Below, in pieces: positions 1-8,733 of a stretch of DNA of 64,000 bases. Position 1 is the first letter of the stretch, and the number at the start of each line of letters is the position of its first letter. The translations under genes were made by a program, and so were the position numbers. The stretch is taken from the NCBI GenBank assembly GCA_963767925.1, contig CAVYGB010000006.1, positions 128,001-192,000 of the forward strand, written 5' to 3'. The notes beneath the pieces are model-generated. The model saw only the letters and a list, made by a program, of their open reading frames with translations. It ran no database searches and was not told the origin of the DNA. Source of the stretch: an uncultured delta proteobacterium. GTDB taxonomy: Bacteria; Myxococcota_A; Polyangia; Fen-1088.

Positions 1-842
1 GTGGACTGGTTGGTCACGACCGGGCCGGGCCGCCGGCGCAGGCGGGCCATGGCGGCCAGGGGCAAGACCACCTCCTCGGACAGCGGCGTGCCGGGTGTGG
101 TCAGGCCCAGGCGATCCCCGTCGACGTTGAGGCCGGCGCCCAGGTCGGCGCCGCAGGTGCGGGTGTGGGCGGCCAGCTCGGCGAGGGTGGCGGCGCTGGG
201 GGCCGGGCGATGGGCGAAGTTTCCGCTCGGCTCGTCGTGGAGCGGAAAATACTGGCAGCCGAGGGCCTCGAGGTAGCGCCGGGCCAGGGGGCCCAGCGGG
301 CCCTGGCACAGGTCGACCGCCACCTTGAAGCCGCGGGCCCGGATGGCGTCGACGTCGAGCGCGGCCAGCAGGTGCTGCAGGTAGCGGCCCTCCACCTCGA
401 CGGGATCGGCGGCGGGGCGCAGCCGTTCCCAGGGCACCAGGCGGAACTGGGAGGCGTGGTAGAGGTCGAGCAGCTCCTCGCTGCGCACCGGATCGAGCAG
501 GGCTCCGTCGGGGCCCAGGAACTTGAGGGCGTTCCACTCGGCGTCGTTGTGGCTGCCGGTGATGGAGAGGCCGCCGTCGGCGCCCAGCTCGCGCACGGCG
601 AACGACACCAGCGGGGTGCCCGACAGGCCGAGGTCGATCACCTCGCAGCCGGTGGCGGCGAGGCCGGCGGTGGCGGCGGCCCGCAACATGGCCGACGAGC
701 CGCGGGTGTCCCGCCCGATCACGACCGACCGCCCGTCGCACCAGGTGCCGAAGGCGCAGGCGAAGCCGGCGATGAGCTCGGGGGTGAGGGCCTCGCCCAC
801 CACGCCGCGCACCGAGGCGGTGCCGATCTTGAGCTGCCTCAC
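1..842 (-). CDS. Phosphoglucosamine mutase/phosphomannomutase family protein (3' end outside window)
   Basis: Manual translation from GTG at 842: MRQLKIGTASVRGVVG...VIGRDTR...TP...ITGSHN..WNALK, plus a DGDR metal-loop motif near 115. Start overlaps the TGA of the upstream gene. Confidence 0.9.
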   Translation of the reverse strand, partial: MRQLKIGTASVRGVVGEALTPELIAGFACAFGTWCDGRSVVIGRDTRGSSAMLRAAATAGLAATGCEVIDLGLSGTPLVSFAVRELGADGGLSITGSHNDAEWNALKFLGPDGALLDPVRSEELLDLYHASQFRLVPWERLRPAADPVEVEGRYLQHLLAALDVDAIRARGFKVAVDLCQGPLGPLARRYLEALGCQYFPLHDEPSGNFAHRPAPSAATLAELAAHTRTCGADLGAGLNVDGDRLGLTTPGTPLSEEVVLPLAAMARLRRRPGPVVTNQS

Positions 843-2194
843 GCCCGGCCCTCGTCGATGGCGGCGACCCCGAACTGCCGCTGCAGCCCCTCGACGCAGG
901 CCCGGGCCTCGTCGCGGGCGGCGCGCAGCCGCTCGAACAGGGCGAGCTGGCCCAGCCCCCGGATCTTGTTGAGGTCGGGGGGATCGGCGGGGCCGAGCTT
1001 GAAGTAGCTGTCGCCGCGCAGGTAGTCGGTGAGAAAGCGCATGCCCAGCTCGAGGGCGACGACCTCGACGCTGTCGACCAGCAGGTCGAGCTCGCGGCGG
1101 GTCACGTTGCGGGCCGAGCGGAGAAAGCCCGTGGCCACCGCCCGGTAGATCGCCATGTCCACCTGGATGCGGCTGCGGTCGGGCTCCTTCTCCCCGGCGA
1201 CGTTGCACAGCGAGCGGACCATGTCGCCCCAGTCGGCCAGCCAGGTGTTCGGCATGATCGTGTCGAGGTCGACCAGCGATTTGACCTGCCCGGTCTCCTG
1301 GTCGAAGAGGAAGTTCTCGAGCTTGGTGTCGCCGTGGATGGCGGCCCGGCGGATGCGCCCGGCCGCCATCTCGCGCGGCAGCAGCAGGGCGTACTCCTCC
1401 TGCTCGCGCAAAAGCTCGATGTAAGGGCGCACCTCGGGGTGCTGCTGGCGGCGCTGCCCCTCCTCCTCGGACAGGTGCATGAGGAAGTGCTGCTGGGTCC
1501 CCTCGCGCACCTCCGGGTCGGCGGGGAGGTAGGGGGCGGCCTGCTCGAGGGTGCGGTGGCCGGCCAGCACCGACAGGAGCTGGTCGTAATAGACGCGGGT
1601 GTCGCGGAAGCCCGGCAGGGGCGAGGCCAGGCCGTCGACCTCGATCCCCTCGCTGAGCGTCCCGAACAGGGCCAGGCCGCCGCCGGCCTGCTCGGCGGTG
1701 TGCAGCCGGGCCGCGGGATCGGCGATCTCGCTGAGGCTCTTGTAGGTGCGGCTGGCGCCGATGCGGACCATGAGCCGCCAGCAGCCGTAGCCCCGGCGAT
1801 CTTGCACCTCGAGGTAGGGGGCGCCCTCGCGAGTGGGGATGAGGGTCACCGGCTCCCAGGTCTCGCCCGGCTGCAGCCGGCCGCGCGCGAGGTTGCGCCG
1901 CTGGGTCTCGATGCAGGCGATCATCGCGGCCATCACCGACCGGGGCCGCGTGAACACCTGCTGGTTGATCTGCTGCAGCAGGTACTCCCGGCGCAGGCCC
2001 CCCCCGAACGACTCGATGGCGAAGGTGAGGCGGTTGATGTTCCCCTTGCCGGGAAAGTCGTGGGCCTCCACCGGTCCGGGCAGATCGAAGCGAGCGGCCA
2101 TCCGGTTGGCCAGGGCCACCGGGTGCTCCTCGGAGATGCTGAGCCGGCGGACGGCCTTGCCGGTCCGCGGATCGGGGGTGAGCGCGCTGGGCAC
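839..2194 (-). CDS. Phosphotransferase (APH-like fold), N-acetylhexosamine 1-kinase-like sugar kinase
   Basis: Motifs GNIN.T, YLLQQINQQVF, HGDTKLENFLFD, VDLDTIMP, DWGDMVRS, RFLTDYL.GD.YFK. Start chosen at GTG 2194 (uncertain). Confidence 0.8.
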   Translation of the reverse strand: MPSALTPDPRTGKAVRRLSISEEHPVALANRMAARFDLPGPVEAHDFPGKGNINRLTFAIESFGGGLRREYLLQQINQQVFTRPRSVMAAMIACIETQRRNLARGRLQPGETWEPVTLIPTREGAPYLEVQDRRGYGCWRLMVRIGASRTYKSLSEIADPAARLHTAEQAGGGLALFGTLSEGIEVDGLASPLPGFRDTRVYYDQLLSVLAGHRTLEQAAPYLPADPEVREGTQQHFLMHLSEEEGQRRQQHPEVRPYIELLREQEEYALLLPREMAAGRIRRAAIHGDTKLENFLFDQETGQVKSLVDLDTIMPNTWLADWGDMVRSLCNVAGEKEPDRSRIQVDMAIYRAVATGFLRSARNVTRRELDLLVDSVEVVALELGMRFLTDYLRGDSYFKLGPADPPDLNKIRGLGQLALFERLRAARDEARACVEGLQRQFGVAAIDEGRA

Positions 2195-2210
2195 CCGGCC
2201 TGGGCCTTCG

Positions 2211-2864
2211 TCAGCGCCCGGGGCGCGCCTGGCGGGAGGGGGCCGGCTTCGCCGCCCGCGCGGTCGCTGGCTTCGTCGCGCGGGCGGGGGCCGGGCGGGC
2301 GGGCGCTGGTCGGGCCGTTCCGTTGCGAGCGGCGCTGGATCGAGCCGGGGGCTTCTTGCCGGAAGCTTTGCCGGGCTTCTTGCCGGAAGCTTTGCCCGGC
2401 TGCCTGCCCGACGTTTTGGGGACACCCCGGGCGGCCTCGTACATGGCGATGAAGCTGTCGACGCTCACCCGGCGGAGGGACGCCCCGATCACGTCGAGGG
2501 CGAGGTCGCTGACGGCCCGGAAGCGCACGCACGACTTGCCCATGTCGAGCTTCTTGCCTGCTTCGCGATAGGCCTGCTCGAACCAGCGCAGGCTGGCGGG
2601 ATCGCTGTTGACGCAGGTCAGGTAGACGGAGCTGTAGTTCTTCTGGGCGGCGAGGGCGGCCAGGGAGAGGGCCTGCCCGTTGTACGTGTCGGGGTAGCGG
2701 GACAGCGGCAGGTAGTAGCCGATCATCCCGAACTGCATCCCCTCCTCGAACCCCTTCGGCAGGTTCTTGCGGATGACCTTCCGGACGGCCTCCAGGTCGG
2801 CCCGCCGCTCCGGCGGCAAGGCCGCCAGATACGCATTTACCGTCGGAGCCCGGCTGCTCGCCAT
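2211..2864 (-). CDS. DUF1801 (YdhG-like) protein with basic low-complexity C-terminal tail
   Basis: GMIGYYLP...YNGQ.L...LAAQKNY.S.Y...LDMGKSCVRF; tail contains PGKASGKK twice. Confidence 0.85.
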   Translation of the reverse strand: MASSRAPTVNAYLAALPPERRADLEAVRKVIRKNLPKGFEEGMQFGMIGYYLPLSRYPDTYNGQALSLAALAAQKNYSSVYLTCVNSDPASLRWFEQAYREAGKKLDMGKSCVRFRAVSDLALDVIGASLRRVSVDSFIAMYEAARGVPKTSGRQPGKASGKKPGKASGKKPPARSSAARNGTARPAPARPAPARATKPATARAAKPAPSRQARPGR

Positions 2865-3009
2865 ATCCGAACGCTATACCATCGCCCGCACCCGCGGAAG
2901 CCCAACCACCGCGGCGCCTCGCGCGCCTTCGAGACGAGGGGGCGAGGCCCGGGGGTGGCGGGCGGGAACGGTGAGCGGGGCGGTCAGGCGCGGGCGGCGG
3001 CCGGGGAGG

Positions 3010-4398
3010 TCAGCGGGTGACCCACTGGCGGTTGGCGACGCGGGTGATGGGGTAGGCGACGACGAAGTTGAAGCACATCTCGTTTTCGGTCTTCTCCCCG
3101 AAACGGATGGTGGCGCCGGTGGTGTTGCCGTAGGTGCAGGTGGTCCGCAGGCTGTCGCCGGCCTGGATCAGGGTGGTCTCGGGGTCGCGGGTGAAGGCGC
3201 GCTGGTCGGCGAAGTCCCAGTCCGGGACTTCGACGAGGTTGAGCGTGCGGCCGGCCCGGGTGATGTCGGTGCGGAAGGTCTTGCCGTTCGTGTGCATGTG
3301 CGGCGAGGTCCACAACACGTGCAGGGTCTCGGGCAGGAGCTGGGTCAGGGCGCCCGGGATCTCGCTGACCACCGGGTGGCTCTCGGCGCCGGGCGGGATG
3401 GCGATGCCGACCGAGCCCAGGGTGATGACCCCGGCTTCCTTGGCGCGCGGGGTGTCGGTGGTGCAGACCGAGACGCCGCTGCGATCGCGGGCGTCGGCGA
3501 AGCTCGCGCTGTTGTTGTAGTGCACCTCGAGGCTCAGCCAGGTGCCGGGGTCGGGCAGCTCCAGGCCGACGTCGGGGGGCATGATCCCGTTCTGGCCGCC
3601 GGGGGCCCAGCCCATGAGGAAGACGCGCCCGGTGTCGCCGCAGCCGACCGGGCGGGTGGGCGTCCGGTGTCCGTAGAGGATCCAGTGGTGGACGACGCGC
3701 TCGTCGTCGATGATCGGCGCCCAGGCGATGGCCTGCTCGCCGGCGGTGAAGGGCACCTGGAAGGCGAAGCAGCGGTAAGTGTCCTTGACCTGCGGGACGA
3801 CGAAGGGCTCGCTGGCGCCGGCGCCGCTGGCCCGGAACTCGTATTTCGGGGTGCAGGGCAGATCGGCCCGGGGCGGGGTGACCGGCGGGGTGGTCGGCGG
3901 CGTGGGGGGCGCGCCCCCGGGGTTGCAGCTCGTGGCCGTGCCGCGGGGGGTGCCGGCGTCGAGCCAGCCCATCAAGGTGGTCTTCTCGGCGGCGGAGAGC
4001 GGGCCGCTGGGGGTGCTCGGGGGAGGCATCTTGCCGCCCTCGACCTTGGTCTTCATGACCTGCTTGATCGCTTGCTGGCCGCCGAGCGCGGGGGCCTGGG
4101 TGTCGGAATAGGTGAGCAGGGGCATCGGCGCGCCGAACTTCGGCGGGCTCTGGTGGCAAGACTGGCAGCGCTGCTGCAGGACCCGCTGCACGTCGCAGGG
4201 CAAGCTGGCGGCGGCAGCCGGGGGGTCGATCGGGGTGCCGGGGCCGGGGGGCGGCGATCCGCCGGGGCCGCCCGGGCTGGGGGGTGGGCTCGCGCCGGGA
4301 GAGAGGCCATCTTCGCTGGCGCCGCACGCGGCGAGCAGACAGGCGGCCAGCACGCATCGCATCTGGGTGGGAAGACGCAGGTGTTTTTTCATCGGCAT
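3010..4398 (-). CDS. Lipoprotein with CxxCH segment and copper type II ascorbate-dependent monooxygenase-like domain
   Basis: Lipobox LLAAC, CQSCH, VVHHWIL, LEVHYNN, PHMH, ENEMCF (Cu-ligand pattern of PHM/DBM-like proteins). Confidence 0.8.
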   Translation of the reverse strand: MPMKKHLRLPTQMRCVLAACLLAACGASEDGLSPGASPPPSPGGPGGSPPPGPGTPIDPPAAAASLPCDVQRVLQQRCQSCHQSPPKFGAPMPLLTYSDTQAPALGGQQAIKQVMKTKVEGGKMPPPSTPSGPLSAAEKTTLMGWLDAGTPRGTATSCNPGGAPPTPPTTPPVTPPRADLPCTPKYEFRASGAGASEPFVVPQVKDTYRCFAFQVPFTAGEQAIAWAPIIDDERVVHHWILYGHRTPTRPVGCGDTGRVFLMGWAPGGQNGIMPPDVGLELPDPGTWLSLEVHYNNSASFADARDRSGVSVCTTDTPRAKEAGVITLGSVGIAIPPGAESHPVVSEIPGALTQLLPETLHVLWTSPHMHTNGKTFRTDITRAGRTLNLVEVPDWDFADQRAFTRDPETTLIQAGDSLRTTCTYGNTTGATIRFGEKTENEMCFNFVVAYPITRVANRQWVTR

Positions 4399-4529
4399 TT
4401 CTTGCGCCCACAGGTGTGGGCTGCGTGAACCTTGGACACCTCAGCAGGTGATTCCTGAAAGCCGCCGCCGCCCTGGCTCCCTGAATGTTTCACGGTACGG
4501 GGGCCCGAGGCTCCTGTAAACAACCTGCG

Positions 4530-5069
4530 TCAGGCGGGGCTGCCGTCCCAGCGGCGGGGGTGGCCGGGAACGTCCTCTATTTTTTGCTCGACCTTGTAGG
4601 GGTGCAGCCCGCGGGCCTGGTAGTTGGCGAGGGCGAAGGGATGGTCGAGGTCGCAGGTGTGGACCCACAGCCGGGCGACGCCCATCTGCCAGGCGCGCTC
4701 GACGGCCGCGGTCAGCAGCGCGCCGCCCAGCCCCTGCCCGATGAAGCCGGGGAGCAGGCCGAAATACACGATCTCCACATCGCCGCCGGCGCGCTCGAGC
4801 TCGAAGTAGCCGGCGGGGGTGCCGCGCGCGAAGCCGAGCCAGGTCTCCAGGGCCGGGCGATCCAGGTAGGCGAGCCAGCGGTCGCGATCCCAGCCCAGCC
4901 GCCCGTACCAGGTCCAGGGGCCGCCAACGGCGGTGTAGAGGAAGCGGTTCAGCTCGGGGCAAGGCAGCTCGGCCCGGGCCACGTGAAAGGGGACGGCGGG
5001 CGCGCGGGCCCGCCGGAGCCGGGACGGGTCGGTCATCTCGAGGTAGGTCGTCGTGACGAGTCGGTTCAT
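4530..5069 (-). CDS. GNAT family N-acetyltransferase
   Basis: YFGLLPGFIGQGLGGALL, WVHTCDLDHP.AL.NY..RG; start set at ATG 5069. Confidence 0.85.
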   Translation of the reverse strand: MNRLVTTTYLEMTDPSRLRRARAPAVPFHVARAELPCPELNRFLYTAVGGPWTWYGRLGWDRDRWLAYLDRPALETWLGFARGTPAGYFELERAGGDVEIVYFGLLPGFIGQGLGGALLTAAVERAWQMGVARLWVHTCDLDHPFALANYQARGLHPYKVEQKIEDVPGHPRRWDGSPA

Positions 5070-5175
5070 GCGCGGCCCCCACTGCCCCGCCGGTGATAAC
5101 CCATTTCGCGCGCAGCCGGCAGCGGGCATCGCACCGGGGGACAGCAGGCTCCGCAGGAGCGCTGGCCCTGGCAGC

Positions 5176-5335
5176 CAGTGGGTGAAGTGACTTCCGGCCC
5201 GGCACGCCTGAACGCACCGGCCGCTGAGCATATTGTCGACCACCGCAATACGTGAGGCTCCTCCGAGAACCTCACGTACCGCCTCGGGCGTTCGGGGACG
5301 GCTTTCGTGCTCCCCCACCGGGTGAAGACGGCGGG
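5176..5335. ncRNA. Candidate structured RNA (nested helices), family unassigned
   Basis: Nested complementary segments 5201-5206/5306-5311, 5207-5215/5288-5296 and 5249-5257/5270-5278 in the gap between divergent genes. Confidence 0.35.
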
Positions 5336-5365
5336 TGACGATTTTTTCGTTATCATCGGCGCTCG

Positions 5366-6175
5366 ATGAGGATCGCTCTGGCCGAACGGACGGCGGCGTT
5401 CTTGCTGGAGCGGGTGCAGGCCCGCTGGGGGCGGCTCTGGGACCAGGGAGCGCGCCCGGGCGAGCTGACGGTCGCCGGGACGGGACCGGCGCTGGCGGTG
5501 CTGGCGCGGCGGCGCGTCCGGGGGGTGCCCGAGGTGGTGGCGGCGGGGCTGTGTGCCTGGTCGGGGGACGATCGGCCGATCGAAGTGCTCGAGCGGGTGC
5601 CGGCCGCCGAGGAGGTGCTCGCGCTTCAGACCCGCGGGCGGCGGTGCGTGTCGCTGGTGACCGATGCGGCGGCGCTGGCCCACGGCGATCCCCGCCACCC
5701 GGACGGGCTGACCTTCGCGCTGCACGACCTCTGCCACGCGGAGAAGTTCCTCGACCCGGAGCACCACCTCGGCCAGGTGGGCTTCTTCCGGGCGGTCGCG
5801 CGGGCCCTGGGCAGCCCCTGGTTCGAGGGCCTGCAGCGGAGCTTCGATCCGCTGTGGCGCAGCGACAGGGACTACGTCATCTCCGACATGAACGGCTCGG
5901 CGATCTTCCTGTTCGCCGTACTCAAGATGAAGATCAAGATGGCCGTCCGGCGCGAGGTCGGCCGCCGCCCCCACCGCACCTCCCTCCCCGAGAACCGCGG
6001 CCCCCTCGATCCCGAGGAGCGCGCCGCCTTCGAGGCCGTCCTCGACCAGCTCGTGGCCGCCCTCGGGTTCCCCGAGCCGCTTCGCGAGGCCGCCCTCCTC
6101 GTCTCCGCCCGCCGCGACCACCCCACCCTCGCCCGCGCCCTCCTCACCCACTTCCAGCAAACCGCCACCGCCTGA
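5366..6175 (+). CDS. Hypothetical protein (HDLCH motif)
   Basis: 269-aa ORF with G/C-ending codons and globular composition. Confidence 0.7.
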   Translation: MRIALAERTAAFLLERVQARWGRLWDQGARPGELTVAGTGPALAVLARRRVRGVPEVVAAGLCAWSGDDRPIEVLERVPAAEEVLALQTRGRRCVSLVTDAAALAHGDPRHPDGLTFALHDLCHAEKFLDPEHHLGQVGFFRAVARALGSPWFEGLQRSFDPLWRSDRDYVISDMNGSAIFLFAVLKMKIKMAVRREVGRRPHRTSLPENRGPLDPEERAAFEAVLDQLVAALGFPEPLREAALLVSARRDHPTLARALLTHFQQTATA

Positions 6176-6342
6176 GCGCGCCGGCAGCGGCCAAGGTTCA
6201 CACCGGTCGCTCGCAATTTCGCTGCCCGTTTGCTGCGGTGGGGCAGGAGCGAAGGGCGCGAAACCTGCGCACGGCTCGGCTCTCGCGGGGCGACGCCGCG
6301 CGCGGGGTCGACCGGGGGCGGGCGCGCGGTAAGCTTGAGATC

Positions 6343-7182
6343 ATGTCGGAGCCTGCCTCGCCCGACAGGTCGAGAAACTCGCTGGCCCCCATCGCGGACG
6401 GGTGGCCCCTGCGCACGGTGACCGGCAACGCGATCTGGAAGCTGGTGCCCCCGCGGGCCCGGCCCCTGGCGAAGGTGCTGGCGGTGCTGCCCGCGACGCT
6501 GTTCGTGACGGGACTGGTCGGGCTGGCGGTCTGGACGGGGGGCAAGCTCTACGTCTGGTGGCTGATCAGCAAGGGTGGGATCACGAAGTTCGGGTTCCTG
6601 GCGGCGTCGGCGGCCGGCCTGGCTCGCTTCAGCGCGCGGATCGTGCGCTGGCAGCTCCGGCGGCTGGCGGCCATGCACGTGACGGTGGCGTCGCTGCGCG
6701 GCTCGCCGCCCGGCAGCCTCGTGCAGGTGATCGGCACGGTCCGGGCGGAGGTGCCCTTCCAGGCCGCGGTCAGCGGGGAGCCGGCGGTGCTGGCCCACTA
6801 CGAGGTCCGGCTCGACTCCGGCACCAGCGCGCACCAGGTCCGGGGGGTCGACTTCTTCCTCGATGTCGACGGCTCGGAGAGCGTGCGGGTGGCGGTGCAG
6901 GAGGCCTACCTCGACGACCGGCAGGTGTTCGAGACCGCGACGCCCGCCAACCTCTCGGTCGCCTTTCCGGTCTCCTGCTTCGAGATGGGCGAGAGCGCCA
7001 AGGGCGCCCGTTACCGCGAGGCGCGCCTGGGGCCGGGAGACAGGGTCGAGGCGGTCGGCGTCCTCGTGCGCGAGGTCGATCCCTCCATCGCGGGCGGCCC
7101 CGGCCGCACCCCGGGCCTGCGGGTCGTCATCCAGGCGAGCCCCCGTCTCCCCCTCCTGCTCCGCAAGCTGCCCGCCGCCTGA
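6343..7182 (+). CDS. Hypothetical membrane protein (N-terminal TM segments, beta-rich C-terminal domain)
   Basis: ATG 6343 in the long ORF; hydrophobic helices, then a YREARLGPGDRVEAVG-type C-terminus. Confidence 0.7.
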   Translation: MSEPASPDRSRNSLAPIADGWPLRTVTGNAIWKLVPPRARPLAKVLAVLPATLFVTGLVGLAVWTGGKLYVWWLISKGGITKFGFLAASAAGLARFSARIVRWQLRRLAAMHVTVASLRGSPPGSLVQVIGTVRAEVPFQAAVSGEPAVLAHYEVRLDSGTSAHQVRGVDFFLDVDGSESVRVAVQEAYLDDRQVFETATPANLSVAFPVSCFEMGESAKGARYREARLGPGDRVEAVGVLVREVDPSIAGGPGRTPGLRVVIQASPRLPLLLRKLPAA

Positions 7183-7204
7183 CGCCGGGGCATCCCACCC
7201 GGGC

Positions 7205-7277
7205 CCACGCCGGAGGCCCCTCACCCGGCGCGCAGACGCGCCGACCTCTCCCCGCGGCAGACCACGGGGAGAGGTGA
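7205..7277. repeat. 73-bp palindromic (REP/CIR-like) element, copy 1
   Basis: CCCCTCACCCGGCGCG-CAGA-CGCGCCG-A-CCTCTCCCC..CAGA..GGGGAGAGG; 71/73 identical to 12771-12843. Confidence 0.85.
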
Positions 7278-7700
7278 GTGAGTGTCGCCGGCCGACGGGT
7301 GAGTGTTTTCTCGCCGGCCGACGGTGAGTGTTTTTCTCGCCGGCCGACGGTGTTTTTCTCGCCGGCCGACGGTGTTTTTCTCGCCGGCCGACGGTGTTTT
7401 TCTCGCCGGCCGACGGTGTTTTTCTCGCCGGCCGACGGTGTTTTTCTCGCCGGCCGACGGTGAGTTTTTCTCGCCGGCCGACGGTGTTTTTCTCGCCGGC
7501 CGACGGTGAGTTTTTCTCGCCGGCCGACGGTGAGTTTTTCTCGCCGGCCGACGGTGAGTTTTTCTCGCCGGCCGACGGTGAGTTTTTCTCGCCGGCCGAC
7601 GGTGAGTTTTTCTCGCCGGCCGACGGTGAGTTTTTCTCGCCGGCCGACGGTGTTTTTCTCGCCGGCCGACGGTGGTTTTTCTCGCCGGTCGCCAGGTGAG
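7278..7700. repeat. Tandem repeat array, ~18 units of mostly 22/24 bp (TTTTTCTCGCCGGCCGACGGTG[AG])
   Basis: Core TCGCCGGCCGACGG counted 17 times plus one degenerate copy; no unique spacers. Confidence 0.95.
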
Positions 7701-7823
7701 TGTTTGCCTTGCCGGGTGGCGCGGGGGTGTTACGGCACGATTGCGTCACCGCTGGCGCTCTACCGGGGGAGCGGCGTCAGATCTTCCGGGTGGGGGGCGC
7801 GTTCGGGGAGGTGGAGGTTGGTG

Positions 7824-8732
7824 ATGAACGCGAAGTCGATGTTCGGTCGGATGCTGTCGGTCTCCCGGTACGGTGCGGTCGCCGCCGCGTTGCTGTCTTG
7901 CGCGGTGCCGCTGGAGCAGGCGCAGGCGCAGCCGCTGCGCGACAGCGCGGGGACGCACGAGGTGGAGGTGCTGGTGGACGGCCGCCCGGCGCCGCGCTTC
8001 TTCCACGCCGGGGAGTCCTACGTCCTCGGGCGCATGGGCCACCGCTACACGCTGCGCGTCTGGAACCGCTCGCACCGCCGCGTCGAGGCGGTGGTCAGCG
8101 TCGACGGCCGCGACGTCGTCGACGGCCAGCCCGGTGACTTCCGGCGCAAGCGCGGCTACCTGGTGCCGGCGGGCAGCTTCGTCGACATCGACGGCTGGCG
8201 CCTGTCCGAGCACCAGGCGGCGGCCTTCCGCTTCACCACGGTCGCCGACTCCTACGCCGGCCGCACCGGCAGCGCCCGCCACGTCGGCGTCATCGGGGTG
8301 GCGATCTTCCCGGAGCGGTTCCGTCCCGCCCGCCCGATGTTGCCCATGCCCCGAGGCGAGAGCTCAGGCGCCGGCCCCCAGGACCGCAGCCGGGGCGCCC
8401 CGGCCGCCGAGGCCGAGTCCAAGGCCGAGGCGCCCAGCGCTTCGCGCGCGCCGAGCGCCCGCCCCGGCCTGGGGACCCAGTACGGCGAGGCGGTGCACTC
8501 GCCGATCCAGGAGGTGACCTTCGTGCGGGAGAGCCACGGCCACCCCGCCGCGATCCTCGGGGTCCGCTACAACGACCGGGGCGGCCTGCTCGCGCTCGGC
8601 ATCGACGTGGATGTCCACGACGACGGCCGCTTCGCCGGCGCGGACGACGACCTGCACCTGCGCAGCGCGGCCGACCCGTTCCCGGTCTCGCGCCGGCGCT
8701 ACGCCGCGCCTCCCGCCGGCTGGAGCCGGTAG
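7824..8732 (+). CDS. Conserved hypothetical secreted protein
   Basis: GGAGG RBS, signal peptide, RYTLRVWNRS.RRVEAVVSVDGRDV and IDGWR...AAFRF segments. Confidence 0.8.
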   Translation: MNAKSMFGRMLSVSRYGAVAAALLSCAVPLEQAQAQPLRDSAGTHEVEVLVDGRPAPRFFHAGESYVLGRMGHRYTLRVWNRSHRRVEAVVSVDGRDVVDGQPGDFRRKRGYLVPAGSFVDIDGWRLSEHQAAAFRFTTVADSYAGRTGSARHVGVIGVAIFPERFRPARPMLPMPRGESSGAGPQDRSRGAPAAEAESKAEAPSASRAPSARPGLGTQYGEAVHSPIQEVTFVRESHGHPAAILGVRYNDRGGLLALGIDVDVHDDGRFAGADDDLHLRSAADPFPVSRRRYAAPPAGWSR

Positions 8733-8733
8733 G

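Noticed and set aside
7278..7700. CRISPR array or repeat-protein ORFs (GEKNSPSA, FSRRPT)
   Set aside because: No unique spacers and no cas genes; mixed 22/24-bp units break any reading frame.
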